A stretch of 64,000 nt of DNA from Thecamonas trahens ATCC 50062 (GCF_000142905.1 NW_013657634.1:186001-250000); one strand, 5' to 3'; counted from the first letter of the stretch, positions 31,214 to 43,057 are shown. The notes: generated by a model not told the origin, from the letters alone. Numbers and translations are program-made.

Positions 31214-33277
31214 ATGCGTAGGGCGGCAGTGTTGGTGCTGGTGCTGGGAGCAGTTGTGCTGGTGGCCACAGCTGCCAAGATCGAGACGGTGGCCGAGACG
31301 GTGGCCGAGACGGTGGCCGAGAGGGTGGCCGAGACGGTGGCCGAGGGCAGCGGGGGAAAGGGCGACGAGAGCAAGGCACTGGAGGAGGCGGCCGAGGCGT
31401 TGCGAGAAGCGGCCGCGGCGCAACCGGCGTGTGTCAACATCTCGACGTGTGATGTCGATCTGGCTCTCCGGCTGCATCTGCAGCAACAGCCGAAGAACTG
31501 CCGGAGCCGCAGGCTGCTGATTGTCAATCTGCCGGTCGACGATGGACTTGGCTCTGTGGTCATGACGGTGGTAGGCGCGCTGGCTGAGGGCCTCTACTCG
31601 GGGCGGACGGTGGTGCTCGCGCCGCACGATCTCGGGTACACGGGTGCGGTAAGCGGTCGCGCCAATGCGACCGGTGAGTGGGCATCGATCTTCAAGCGCA
31701 TCTCGTCGTGCACCGTCCACGACGTCAGCGCACCCGAGTGGGTGGCACTCTCGCGGCATCCGGGCCTCGACCACGCACGGGTCAAGTTTGCCGAGGTCCG
31801 TCGTGGCCTCCTCGCCTTTGCGCCCCTCGACATCTACCGGATTGTGGACCACGCGCCGATCTGGTTTGCCTCGCGGCTGCTCGACTATGTCTTCAAGTTT
31901 GCGCCCGGGCTCAAGGCCGAGATGGAGCAGTTTGCACGGGTGCTCGAAGCCCATCTCCCGGCCGGTCCGTCGTCGTGTGTCTCGGTCCATGTCCGCCGCG
32001 GCGAGCTGGCGTCTGCACCTGGTCGTTTTGCCGACTTCCGATCCGTCTACGACAACGAGGCTTATCTCGCGGCGGTGGCTCGCGCAGTCGGGCCGGCCAC
32101 CTCTGCCGTGGTGTGGGCGTCGGACACGGGCGCGTCGCTGCCAGCGACAGTGGCTGCGGTGGCCGAGGGTGATGCGCGTGTGCCGCGGCGGCCGGGTGAG
32201 CCGGGCCACTTTCGGTTTGCGCATCTCTCGTCGGACGCCGGCCTGCACACGCTCCTCAAGACCAGCGAGAACGAGACGCTGGAGGCACAGCGAGCAGCAG
32301 TGGCGGGCGATGTGGGCGCTGGCGAGTTTGCTGTCCGCGTGACGACCGAGACGCTGAAGGACATGCTGACGCTCGGGGCGTGCTCGACCCAGGTCGGGAC
32401 AGTCCAGTCGGCGATGAGCGTGGTGGCGCAGCTGCTGGCGTACAACCGTACCGGCACGCCGCCGACGGTCCACTATCTGGACGCCGAGGCCGTGGCCAAC
32501 GGTGAGGTTGTCCACGGCGGGCTCCGGTCTGGGATCATGATCGACCCTGCGTCGCAGGCGGGGCGAGTTCCGCCGCCGCGGGACGGGGTGGCCACACGGT
32601 GGCGGACCATCTCGATGCGGTTCGGCAACGGGCTGGTGCAGCCGCGGCTGGAGGCTGACGTCGCGTCGCTGGTGACGTACGATGGCGCTTCCGGACTCCC
32701 TCGCGTCAATCTGACCGCGGTCGACGCTGCGGTAGCGCGCGACGACCTCAACGGAACGCAACGGTACCGCGAGCTGAAGGAGCTCCCGGCCATGGGTGGT
32801 ATGTTCTACGACATCTCGCCGCTCTGTCCGTGGGACGAGCTCCTTGCCGCCACCGACTCGCAGGTGATAGAGGTTGTAGCGAGCATCGAGGCCATGGCTG
32901 ACTACTGGTCGGATGTGACGGTGCTGGCGTGCGTGGAGCACATGGCGTCGGTGCTGGTCACCACCGATGCGCCTAGGCGCGGCTCGGACCTCTTCCCGCT
33001 CTTCCGCAAGCTCGTCCAGCTCTCGGGCCTCGTCCGCAGCGAGCCGGTCTCTCTCTGGCCTTGGTTTGCCAAGGCGGTCGCCGACAGCTGGGATACTGTC
33101 AGTGACGAGCTCCCGCTCCTTGCCAAGGTCTTCCACGCCATCAACGACCTCGCGGCGCCAAACGCGCTCGTCCGCGCGCGGCTCGAGCATGCGTATGCCG
33201 CCAGTGAACGCGCCAAGGAGAGCGCTGCCGCCGAGAGCAGTGCTGCTGCGACCGAGGCTGGCCATGACGAGCTGTAA
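31214..33277 (+). CDS. FUT8/NodZ-like (GT23) fucosyltransferase with signal/anchor and C-terminal extension
   Basis: N-terminal hydrophobic segment and (ETVA)n repeats. GLGSVV..V..AL...GRTVVL; motif I VSVHVRRGE; motif II VVWASD; motif III DMLTLGACSTQVGTVQS. Confidence 0.7.
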   Translation: MRRAAVLVLVLGAVVLVATAAKIETVAETVAETVAERVAETVAEGSGGKGDESKALEEAAEALREAAAAQPACVNISTCDVDLALRLHLQQQPKNCRSRRLLIVNLPVDDGLGSVVMTVVGALAEGLYSGRTVVLAPHDLGYTGAVSGRANATGEWASIFKRISSCTVHDVSAPEWVALSRHPGLDHARVKFAEVRRGLLAFAPLDIYRIVDHAPIWFASRLLDYVFKFAPGLKAEMEQFARVLEAHLPAGPSSCVSVHVRRGELASAPGRFADFRSVYDNEAYLAAVARAVGPATSAVVWASDTGASLPATVAAVAEGDARVPRRPGEPGHFRFAHLSSDAGLHTLLKTSENETLEAQRAAVAGDVGAGEFAVRVTTETLKDMLTLGACSTQVGTVQSAMSVVAQLLAYNRTGTPPTVHYLDAEAVANGEVVHGGLRSGIMIDPASQAGRVPPPRDGVATRWRTISMRFGNGLVQPRLEADVASLVTYDGASGLPRVNLTAVDAAVARDDLNGTQRYRELKELPAMGGMFYDISPLCPWDELLAATDSQVIEVVASIEAMADYWSDVTVLACVEHMASVLVTTDAPRRGSDLFPLFRKLVQLSGLVRSEPVSLWPWFAKAVADSWDTVSDELPLLAKVFHAINDLAAPNALVRARLEHAYAASERAKESAAAESSAAATEAGHDEL

Positions 33278-33608
33278 ACACTGCCTCGATACCTGTTAGC
33301 CTACATCTATGATCATGGGCTGGCTGCGGGAGCCAGTGCGTGACTTAGGCCGCATCCACAGGCCTGACCAGCATCGGCATGTGTCACACGCCAAAGGGCG
33401 GCGGATCGGGCAGCCCATCCGCCTCGCCTCAACCACCCCGTCCTCAGCACCGCAGGGGGGGGGGCAAGGACAAGAGCGGGCACACCTCTCTGTACCAGCC
33501 AGGCACACACCTCAGCCGTAGCAGGCAGTAGCAGTAGCAGTCCTTTACGCCTTGACTGTCGCCACAACTCGGTCACACCCACGGTTATCCTCGCCCAGGT
33601 CGTCAACC

Positions 33609-35892
33609 ATGTCCGAGACGCCGGTGGCCTCACCGCGGCCGTTTGCTACGGTCGACGACACGTCTGCGGCACGGGCCGAGTACGATTATGAGTTTGTGGG
33701 CTATGGATCGGAGCTGGTGGTGGATGATCTGGATGCGGCGGTGATGGCGGCGGAGATGGAGCAGGCCTCGATTGCTCGGCAGGCTCAAGCGGCTGCCCGG
33801 GCGAGACGAGGAGGAGTAGGCAAGAGCCGTCCCGGTCTGGGCCCGGAGAGCCCGTCGGTGACCGGCGGGCCAAGTGGGCTGGTCCATTCGGGAGCCGTGC
33901 ACTCTGGGCCGGTGACGGCGGCGACGCGGCTGCTGGGCCCTCGGACGACGACGATGATGCACAAGGAGTACTTTGGATCGTTTGAGCCGATGGTGACTGT
34001 GGGCGGGCGCGGCGGGCCCGGGACGCCGTACACGACGGCCGGTGACGATGAGGAGGATCCGGGCGCTGAGGCGTGGTCGATCGACGAGCGGCGGATGTCG
34101 ACGGTGGCGCGGCGGGCGGCGGCGCCGCACCAGGACTCGACGGCGCATGTGCTGCTGAACCAGATGGAGGCGACAGCGATTGCCGGCAACGACATCACGG
34201 GCTCGGTCCTGTACTGCGCTGGGATTGTGGGCCAGACAGCGGGCAAGTGGGCGCCGCTGTCGCTGGTCATGATGGCTGTTGTGTTGTACGCTTTCCGGCG
34301 GGTGTATGCCGAGGTGGGCGCGGCGCTGCCGCTCAACGGCGGGACGTACACCCTCTTGCTCAACACCAGCTCCAAGTCGTGGGCGGCGATTGGGGCGTGC
34401 CTCACGTTTCTCTCGTACATTGCGACGGCTGTGGTCTCGGCATCGAGCGCGATGACGTACCTGCACGCCATTGCGCCGCAGGTCGAGGTGTGGTACGCCA
34501 CGGTTGCGCTGCTGCTGCTTGTGGCGATGCTAGTGGCGTTTGGCATCTCCGACTCTGCGCGCGTGGCGATGCTCATCTTTGGGGTGCACATGCTCTCGCT
34601 GATGGCGCTGATGGTGGCGTCGTCTGTGTACGCGGGCCAGCACGGACATGTGCTGCGGGACAACTGGGCGGCGGACGATGCGGCCAACCCGGCGGGCAAG
34701 TCTGGGGCGGGTGCGCTGAAGAGGATCTTCTATGGCTTTTGCGTCTCTGCGCTCGGCATCTCGGGATTTGAGACGTCTGCCAACTTTATCGAGCAGCAGA
34801 AGCCTGGGTCTTTCCCAAGACGCTCCGCAATATGTGGGTTGCGGTCTCGATTCTCAACCCGTGCCTCTCGTTCCTGGCGTGGGCCATTCTGCCGTACGAG
34901 GACATTTCCAACACGGATGCGGCGAATCAGCTGCTTGTCAACATGGCGCGGGTGGCCGGCGGCGAGGTGCTGCGGTGGGTCATTGCGGTGGACGCGGTGG
35001 CTGTGCTCTCGGGCTCGGTCCTCACGTCGTACGTGGGCGTGATGGGCCTGCTAAAGCGGATGGCTCTCGACCGGTGCCTCCCGGGCTTTCTCATTGTGGA
35101 GAACAAGTGGCGGCACACGCCGCATGTCATCATCTTTGGCTTCTTCTTCCTCTGCTCCTCGCTGTACTTTGTGGTTGACTTTGATGTGCGGGTGCTTGCG
35201 GGCGTGTACACGGTGGCATTCCTCTCTGTCATGGCGCTCTTTGCCATCGGCAACATGCTCCTCAAGTACAAGCGCGGGCGGCTTCCGACGTCGGAGCGGG
35301 CGTGTGGCCGCGGACCCTGTTCTCGCTGGTGGCTGTCTTGACGGCGCTGGTCGGCAACGTCATCCTGGACATATCGATTGTCCCGTGGTTTGTGCTCTAC
35401 TTTGGCGCCACGCTTGCGGTGGTGCTGGTCATGTTTGGGCGGGTCCGGGTCCTCAAGTTTGTGCTCTACCTCGTCCGGCAGACGCTGGGCAAGGAGTCGC
35501 GGGTGGCGGTGGCGCTCAAGTCGCTCATCACGCAGATCAAGTCGCGGCCGATTGTGTTCTTCACCGCCGATGGCAAGCTGGCGACGCTCAACAAGGCCGT
35601 CCTCTACATCCGCAACAATGAGCTCTCCAACCGGATCGACATCTGCCACGTCTACGCCGACCGTGCGGAGGTGCCGGCCGAGCTCGCTGAGCACGTCCAG
35701 CTTCTTGATCGGATGTACCCCAAGGCCGTCATCAACCTCACCCTTGTCCGCGGCGTGTTCAACCCGGCAACTATCGACAAGATCTCCCGGCTCTTGTCGG
35801 TGCCCAAGAACATGATGTTCATCTCGTGCCCCGGCGGCCGGTTCCCGCACAATGTGGGCGAGCTTGGCGGGGTCCGAGTCATCACCCACTGA
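33609..35892 (+). CDS. APC-superfamily amino acid permease with cytosolic C-terminal domain; interrupted by two -1 frame breaks (~34806, ~35298)
   Basis: ATAIAGNDITGSVLY, EVGAALPLNGGTY, GISGFETSANFIEQQKPG|FPKTLRNMW, LSGSVLTSYVG, LAGVYTVAFL, LNKAVLYIRNNE, ELGGVRVITH, spread over three consecutive frames with no in-frame stops in the homologous parts. Confidence 0.88.
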
Positions 35893-36058
35893 CTAATGCC
35901 TTTGAGTGAAGATCGAGAGCGAGAGCGAGAGCGAGAGCGAGAGGGTGGGTGGGTGGGTGGCGGAGGGTGTGGCGGAGGTGGGAAAAGAAGGTGTGTCACT
36001 TGACTCTCGACCGGCAGCAGCAGCAGCAGCAGCAGCAGCAGCGCACGGGAAAGGGAAC

Positions 36059-37647
36059 ATGGCTAAGATGGGGAGTGTCGTCACTGTTGTGGTTGCTGCG
36101 TTGGTGGCGCTTGTGCTGTGTGCGAAGAGTGGGGCCGGGCAGGTGTACCATGACTATGGTAGGTTGGGGGGGGGAAGGGGGAAGGGGGGAGGGGGCGGGA
36201 GGGGAGGGGGCGGGAGGCGGTGCTTGGTTGGTCGCTTTGCCCGGTGATGGTGGGGCTATGGGTATGACTCACACTGCTTTCCGTACCACCTTGTGGCGTC
36301 CTGGTCCGGTTGGTTGGTTGGTTGGTTGGTTGGTTGGTGGGTTGGGTTGGTCGCGTTCCTGGTCACGCAGCTGCGCTCAACACGCTGTTTGAAGATCTGG
36401 TGACGAACCAGTGTCCGCTCATTGCGCGCCGGTTTACGGTGGGGAGCTCCGAGTCGGGACGAATGATCTACGGGATCCGGCTGACGCACCAGGTGGCGCT
36501 GTCAGAGAACGACTCGCCCAAGCCGGCTGTCCGGCTCACGGCCAACATCCACGGCGACGAGACGGTCGGTCGTGAGATGCTGATTGCGTTTGCAGAACGG
36601 CTCTGCCGCGACTACGGCACGCCGAATGCGGACGACGTGACGTGGCTGCTGGACAACACGGTGATATACATCATTCCGTCGCTCAACCCGGACGGGTTCG
36701 CGCTGGGCATGCGCGAGAACTCGCGCGGGGTCGACCTCAACCGCGACTACCCGACGCGGTTCGAGGCGAACCAGGATGACACTGCGGGGCGGCAGGCCGA
36801 GACGGCGGCGATGATGGACTGGACGCGGGCCCGGTCGTTTGCGCTGTCGGGCACGATGCACGGTGGAGCGCTGGTGGCGTCGTACCCCTGGGATTCGTCG
36901 GTGACCGGCGATGACAGTTACGCTGCCACGGAGGACGACGCCATGTACCGGCGGCTGGCGCGGATCTACGCCGACGCCAACCCGAGCATGGCAGCGTCGC
37001 CGATCTTCCCCAACGGCATCACCAACGGCGCTGACTGGTACTCGATTGTCGGCACGCTGCAGGACTACATGGTGCTTCGTGGCACACCGTCGATCACCTT
37101 TGAGCTCTCGGACAACAAGTCGCCGCCCGAGTCGGCGCTCGCCGGCTTTTGGAATGACAACAGGTTGGCGCTCATGCAGTACGCGTACCAGGTCCATGTT
37201 TCGGCGAGTGGGCGTGTCGTTGACTCGAGCGGGCAGCCCATTCCCGGCGCGGCATGCGGCATCGACTCGATCGAGTACGGGTACAAGGCGCCGACCAACC
37301 CGCACTCGGGCCGGTTCTGGCGGCTCGTCCCGGAGCCGGGCACGTACTCGGTTACCTGCGCCGCCGAGGGCTACACCGCAGTCACCAAGACCGTGATTGT
37401 GCACGAGGCCACGATTGCTGATCCGCCGACGCCCACTGAGCAGGCGCATGCCTTTGCGCAGTTTGTCCTCCCCACGGCCGCCGACGCGCCGGCTGAGACG
37501 ACTGCCGGCAAGATTGCCACCGACTCGACGGCCGGCATCAACATCTGGATGACCCTCTTCCTCTTTGTCCAGATTTCCCTCATCATTTGCGCCGTCGTCA
37601 TCTATCTTAACTACCGCCACAAAGCCCGGCATGCCGGGCGCTTTTAG
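36059..37647 (+). CDS. M14B zinc carboxypeptidase (CPD/CPE-like), single catalytic domain, transthyretin-like domain, C-terminal TM; join(36059..36158,36371..37647)
   Basis: Signal peptide, YHDY|AAL across a phase-1 intron GTAGGT..CAG. NIHGDETVGRE, NPDG, RENSRGVDLNRDYP, HGGALVASYPWD, GITNGADWY, ITFELS. Confidence 0.92.
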
Positions 37648-37858
37648 TCCTCTCCCTAGCTAGCTATGGCGATGACATGTAAATCGATGCGTGTGCCTGT
37701 GTCGCTCTCGAACCATCGTTCGCTCGTTGTTTGTTCGTCCGCTCGTCCGTTCGTCCGTTCGTTCCGCTCATTGGCTCGGCCGACCTTCCCTCCACCCACC
37801 CACCCCAGCAAGCACACCCGACACTCCACGGCAGCAAGGCGGGAAACCGCAGCAGAGG

Positions 37859-39205
37859 ATGTGCTCGGTGACCATCATGAGGTCCGTGTTGGACTTTATG
37901 AACACCCTGTTCATGGTACGCCCCCCCCCCCCCCCCCCCCCTCCCCCCCTTCCTCCCCCCTTCTCCCTGCCCGCGCCCACTCCAGGCACCGTACCGCATC
38001 AGCTCCTTGATACGGCGACCAGGCAGTGACCAAGAGAGGCAGTCGTGGCCAGTGACCAGTAGCCAGTGGCCAGTGGTCGTGGCCAGTGGCCAGTGGCCTG
38101 TGGTCGTGGCCAGTGGTGGTGGTCAGATCATCGTCCGATGCAGGCAGGGGGGCGGGGAAGGACAATTGGCTGGGACTGGGCATCGGGCTGGAACTCATGT
38201 CATTGGGCACTGGCTGGGGTGATGGGTGGCGGTCGGGGCGTGGTTGGGTGACGGGGATGTGCTGGTGGTGTGATGGGTGGCGGTCGGGGCGTGGTTGGGT
38301 GACGGGGATGTGCTGGTGGTGTGATCGGTGGCGGTCGGGCGTGGTTGGGTGACGGGGATGTGCTGGTGGTGTGATCGGTGGTGGTCTGTCTGGTGGTTGG
38401 GTGACGGGGATGTGCTGGTGGTGTGATCGGTGGTGGTCTGTCTGCTGGCGGGACACCCTTTGGGTGACAGCTCATTGCTCTGTTGTTGACAGTGCTGGGC
38501 GTGTGGCTGTATCTGGAGCAAGACTTTGGCTCACAGCTCATCGGACTGCCGCTCTCTGTAGGCATCATTGTCGTCTCGTCGTTTCTGCTCTTGATCACAT
38601 GCGTGGCGTGTGTAGGCTTGCGCAATGAGGCGTGGTGTGTGCTCAACGGGTACGTCATGCTCATGATCTTCCTTATGGCCGCCCAGGCGTCGCTGGCGTA
38701 CATGTCGCTCCGTTTCCGAGACAACATGGAGGAGCAACTGTATCAGGGCTGGCTTGACGGCTCGGACCAGCTCCGCAACACCATTCAGGACCAGCTGACG
38801 TGCTGTGGCTTCTACGCGCCTGTGGATTATCCAGGCTCGAACTGTCCGGTCAGCGCCACCATTGGCTGCTTCCCGCAGTTGGAGAACACGCTCGAGCGCC
38901 GCCTCCTGTTAGTCTCGCTCATTGCAGGTCTTGTTGCCTTTCTCGAGTTCATTGCCGTCATATTTGCCATCGGCGTCGTATGCTCCGAGCCTGGTGACGC
39001 CCTCGTTGTCCCGCTCTTTGAGCCGCCGTCGCGCGCCGAAATCCGCCGCAGGCGCAAGCTCGAGCGCGAGCGCTTCCGACTCCAACAACAGCGCGAGCGA
39101 CTCAAGCGCGAGCGCGCCCGCATGGAACAGCGCTCTGCTGGAAACCTGGCACCCATTGCGCCCATCCCGCCGCCGATGGCCATCCGCAAGCCCGCCTCAA
39201 CGTAG
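37859..39205 (+). CDS. Tetraspanin; join(37859..37915,38471..39205)
   Basis: Four TM helices; TM1 is completed across the intron GTACGC..GACAG (MNTLFM|LIALLLTVLGVWL). EC2 has TCCGF, PGSNC and GC; long charged C-terminal tail. Confidence 0.9.
38040..38440. repeat. Intronic minisatellites: (GTGGCCA)-type 7-mers (38040-38115) and ~4.5 copies of a ~51-bp G/T-rich unit (38219-38440)
   Basis: Unit GTGATGGGTGGCGGTCGGGGCGTGGTTGGGTGACGGGGATGTGCTGGTGGT repeated with small variants. Confidence 0.9.
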
Positions 39206-39485
39206 CCCCCTATCCCCTCGCGGCCGCATCCGCCCACTGTCGGCGGTGCGGTGTGGCCGTTATTGTCCTGATCAATCCCCATCATTAATCATACCACGTG
39301 AGTGTGTGTTTGGAGGGGCGGTGGGTGGGTGGGGAAGAGTTGAGGGGAGGGTGCGGTGGCGAAAGCTCTCAACCCATGCGCACCCATTGAACACAATGGG
39401 CGAATCATCGATTCACTCAAAGCCTGTTCCCCTCCTCCCCTTCCCCCCCTCCCACCCCTCTCCACCACATCACCTGCACACCACC

Positions 39486-40519
39486 ATGTCCACCGGCGAC
39501 CTCTCGTACGAGACCCTCGACCACATGTTCGACAACTCCGAGTACCAGGAGCTGTACACCCGCCTCGAAGCCGAGCTCACCATCACCTCGTACGCAACAC
39601 CCTCCCCTAGCCCATACCCCCCCCCCCCCCCCCCCCTTCGTCCACCGACTCGTGACGTAGCCTGACACCGCCACCGGCACGAGGTGCGGCGATGCAAGAA
39701 GATGTGGGAGGGGATTGTTGGGCAGTCATGATGTGATTATTTTTGTTCGTTTTTTTGGGGGGGGAGGGGGGAGGGGGAGTCGGGCACTGTGGATTGGAGG
39801 GGAGGGGGGATATTATTTGGCTGGTGTCGTGGCAATAGCGAGGACTCATGGCATGGCCGCGGGTGGTGGGAGGTGTGTACAGGGCGGCGCAGGCTGAGGC
39901 TGGCGAGTCGGACTCGGAGGAGGACGTGGAGCTGCTCTGGCGGTTTGCGCGGGTCTGCTACTCGATGCACACCGAGAACAAGGCCGACAAGAAGGCGGCC
40001 GAGGCGTACCTGCGGCTGGCGATCGACGCGGCCAAGCAGGGCATGCGGCTCGACGAGGGCCACTTTGCGCCGCACAAGTGGTACGCCATCGCACTCGGTG
40101 GGCTCGGCGGCTACGTCTCGACTAAGGAGAAGATCGGGTATGCGTACGAGATCCGCGAGCACGCCGACAAGGCGCTCGAGCTCAAGCCCGGTGACTCGGC
40201 TACGCTGCATCTCATCGGCCGCTGGTGCTTTGACGTCGCCGGCATCGGCTGGGCCACCCGCAAGATCGCCTCCATGCTCTTCGCCACCCCGCCCGAGTCG
40301 TCGTTTGACGAGGCGCTCACGTTCTTCGAGCAGGCCCGCGACGCCCTTCCCGACGACGCCAAGAACACCTTCCCGGAGAACGACTTGTTCATCGGCAACA
40401 CTCTGCTGAAGCTCTCCCGCAAGGCCGATGCCCGCGCTGCCTTCCAGGCCGCCGTCGATGCACCTATCAAGGGCGCCGACGGCCAGCGCATCCACGATGA
40501 GGCCGCCAAGCAGCTTTAG
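39486..40519 (+). CDS. RMDN1: Regulator of microtubule dynamics (RMD/RMDN) TPR-like protein; join(39486..39589,39883..40519)
   Basis: ELLWRFARV, HKWYAIALG, KEKIGYAYEIREHADKALELKPGD, HLIGRWCFDVA.I.W..RKIASMLFATPPESSFDEAL. Phase-2 intron GTACGC..TACAG. Confidence 0.88.
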
Positions 40520-40555
40520 TATCCCGCGCACACTCGCACACAGGCCCGTGCGCGC

Positions 40556-42370
40556 TCACATTGAATCTGGCTGCGCCCTGCCATGCTGCGTCGCAAGGAG
40601 CTCCTCTAGCCGCTGCCTCTCCCGCCGCAGCTGCGACTCCCTGTGCTCTGTCGCCGCCAGCTGCTGGCGTAAGGCCTCGCGCTCGGCCGTGGCCGCGCCG
40701 ATCTCTGCCTGAAGCGTGTTGAACGACGCCGAGCGTGGTGGTGGTGCGCAGCCAGCGACCACTTTGTGCTTCTTCCGTCGCCGCCGTGCTTGGAGCTGGC
40801 TGGCTTTGACGGCTCGCTTCGCCTTGCAGGCCTTGGCTTTTGCCGCGCCGATCACGCGGTGCGCAACAAGCGAACGGTCGGCGCACGCCCAAACACTCGC
40901 GACTGCCTCGCCGGGAATCAGGCGAGTAAGCGACTCAATGTGGTGGCTGTACGTCATTTGGCGGTCGGCAATGGCAGCGATGTGGGTGACTGTGGCACCA
41001 AGCGCGGTGTCATCGTCTCCAACACCCGCCTCGGCCGCAGGCTCGGGCTCTGGCCTGTCGATGCTCTCGCTGCTAGAAGGCGCGTCGGAGGAGGCTATGA
41101 GCGCGGCAGCTGCGGCGATGATCGAGTCGGTCACAACCAAACTGCCTGCGTAGGTGGCAGGCAGCTGCGATGCAAAGGCGCGCGCAGCGGCGAGGCCCGA
41201 CGCAGGCGTGGTCGAGCAAGCAGGAGCTGGGAGGTAGACTTGCTTCTCGGTAGCGACCTTGGCAATTGTTCGAAACGCAACAGCAGGCATGTCGTGGAGT
41301 ACAGCGTACTCGCCGACGGCAGCCGTCAATGTCTCCATCGCCACCGACAGCTTGCGCGCCCCGTCAACGATCGGCCGCCCATGGATCATGCACTCGATGA
41401 TGTTGGAGGCCGCGGTACACAGGGTGATAAAGTCGGTTCGGAGCTCGTTGGCGGCGCGGTCGAGGTCGGCAATGACGTCGGCGAGTAGTTCGCCCAGGTG
41501 CTGCGCCGCCTCGTGCTTGGTCGCCAGCTCGTCAGTGGCAGCAGCAAGGCGGGAAGCGGCACGCGCGTCAGACGGAAGCGGCAACTTCTGGATGACGTCG
41601 TGCAGTGCCTGGAGCTCGAGCAAAGAGCTATCAATTGTGTCGAGAGGTTTGGCCTGGCTGCCGACTGGGAGTAGGGTACAACTGGTTGCGATGGCCGACG
41701 CGCGGTCATGCCACTCGGTGGCGGCAGTGCGGGTCGAGTTGGCAAGCTGGGTGATGCTGGCCGTATCAGCGCGGAGCTGGGCCCACCATGCCTGCCTGTC
41801 CGGGACATATCTAACGAGCGAGCCTTCCGGTACAGCGCAGCTCTCGAGCGCGGCTAGGATGGGGCGAGCGTCGCGGTTAAAGGTGTCGGACGCGGCCGAG
41901 AGTCTGCGCAGCTCGGAGCTAATAGCGGCGATACCGGTATTGCGGACGAAGTTTTGCAGCGCACCAGCAATCGACAACATTAGCTTGCGCCTGTGGGCGG
42001 TATCGGCCAGCCGGGAGACAGCGATGTTCGCGTGCCACCGGATGGCGCTCACCGTGTCCATGACGCGGGTCACCTGGCGCACCAAAGCCTCCTTTGTCGT
42101 CCGCATGGCAGACTCTAGCCCCTGGAGCTGGTCCAGAGCATCGGCCTTTGCGGCGAGAGCCTCCCGCGCCTCTACCAGCTCTCGGACTATGTCGTCGATG
42201 TGTGCCTCTGGGTGGGCCCAGACGCCCGGGTCGGCGACGATGACCTCCGCACCGTGAGGGAGCTGGCGGCAGCGACGGCCGTCGAGGGTCAAGACGAGGG
42301 AGCCCCGCCGAAGGTCCTGGACCCTGAGTCCCCGCTGGACCGAGCCATCCAAGAAGAGTGCGTCGATCAT
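40556..42370 (-). CDS. 604-aa helical/coiled-coil protein, possible ATG11/FIP200 (ATG17-like) N-terminal region
   Basis: N-terminal LVLTLDGRR...EVIVAD recalls the Atg11 ubiquitin-like region; ANIAVSRL, SLVRYV and LHDMPAV occur in the expected order; C-terminal coiled coil. Family call is tentative. Confidence 0.5.
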   Translation of the reverse strand: MIDALFLDGSVQRGLRVQDLRRGSLVLTLDGRRCRQLPHGAEVIVADPGVWAHPEAHIDDIVRELVEAREALAAKADALDQLQGLESAMRTTKEALVRQVTRVMDTVSAIRWHANIAVSRLADTAHRRKLMLSIAGALQNFVRNTGIAAISSELRRLSAASDTFNRDARPILAALESCAVPEGSLVRYVPDRQAWWAQLRADTASITQLANSTRTAATEWHDRASAIATSCTLLPVGSQAKPLDTIDSSLLELQALHDVIQKLPLPSDARAASRLAAATDELATKHEAAQHLGELLADVIADLDRAANELRTDFITLCTAASNIIECMIHGRPIVDGARKLSVAMETLTAAVGEYAVLHDMPAVAFRTIAKVATEKQVYLPAPACSTTPASGLAAARAFASQLPATYAGSLVVTDSIIAAAAALIASSDAPSSSESIDRPEPEPAAEAGVGDDDTALGATVTHIAAIADRQMTYSHHIESLTRLIPGEAVASVWACADRSLVAHRVIGAAKAKACKAKRAVKASQLQARRRRKKHKVVAGCAPPPRSASFNTLQAEIGAATAEREALRQQLAATEHRESQLRRERQRLEELLATQHGRAQPDSM

Positions 42371-42603
42371 GGCGAGATGATGCGGGAGGAGTATGCGTAG
42401 GTGTTGGAGTGTGACCTGTACGCGTGCGGGTGTGACGGGTTTTTTCGCCCGGGAACGTCACACTCTGACCAGAGTCAGGCTACGAGGGGGGAGGAAGGGG
42501 GAGGAAGGGGGATGTAGGCATCGAGGTAGATTTGGCTGTAGAGACAGTTGTGAACGAGGAGGTGGTGGTGCGTGTGTATGTAGTCGTGTTTTCACGAGTC
42601 AGG

Positions 42604-42950
42604 GTGTGCCTGTGGGTGTGCCTGTGCCTGTGGCTGTGGGTGTGGCTGTGCCTGTGGCTGTGGCTGTGGCTGTGGGTGTGGCTGTGGCTGTGGGTGTGGC
42701 TGTGGCTGTGGCTGTGGGTGTGCCTGTGGCTGTGCCTGTGGGTGTGCCTGTGCCTGTGGGTGTGGCTGTGGGTGTGCCTGTGGCTGTGGCTGTGGCTGTG
42801 GCTGTGGCTGTGCCTGTGGCTGTGCCTGTGATCTGTACATGTGTCTATTTTCCCCTGCCCCTGCCCCTGCCCCTCTGCCCCTACCCCTGCCCCTGCCCCT
42901 GCCTCTGTCTCTGTCTCTGCCCCTGCCTCTGCCTCTGCCCCTGCCCCCTT
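42604..42950. repeat. Hexamer microsatellites (TGTGGC/TGTGCC/TGTGGG)n then (CCCTGC/CTCTGC)n in a divergent intergenic region
   Basis: Seen directly. Confidence 0.95.
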
Positions 42951-43057
42951 CCCCCCCCCCCCCCCTCCCCCTCCACCGGGGCACCCCCACTATCTTTCTT
43001 CGGCAGATGTCCCTGTCCCTCTCCCCTCTCCCGACTCGGCAGCTCACTTTCACCCGA

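Noticed and set aside
31202-33265. 687-aa antisense ORF mirroring the GT23 gene
   Set aside because: Codon-aligned antisense shadow expected from high-GC codon bias; R/H-rich with no motifs.
33609-35892. Permease as a pseudogene
   Set aside because: No stops or motif decay; the breaks match the window-wide single-base pattern.
38219-38440. 51-bp repeat array as a possible CRISPR
   Set aside because: Head-to-tail tandem units with no unique spacers, inside a eukaryotic intron, and no cas genes.
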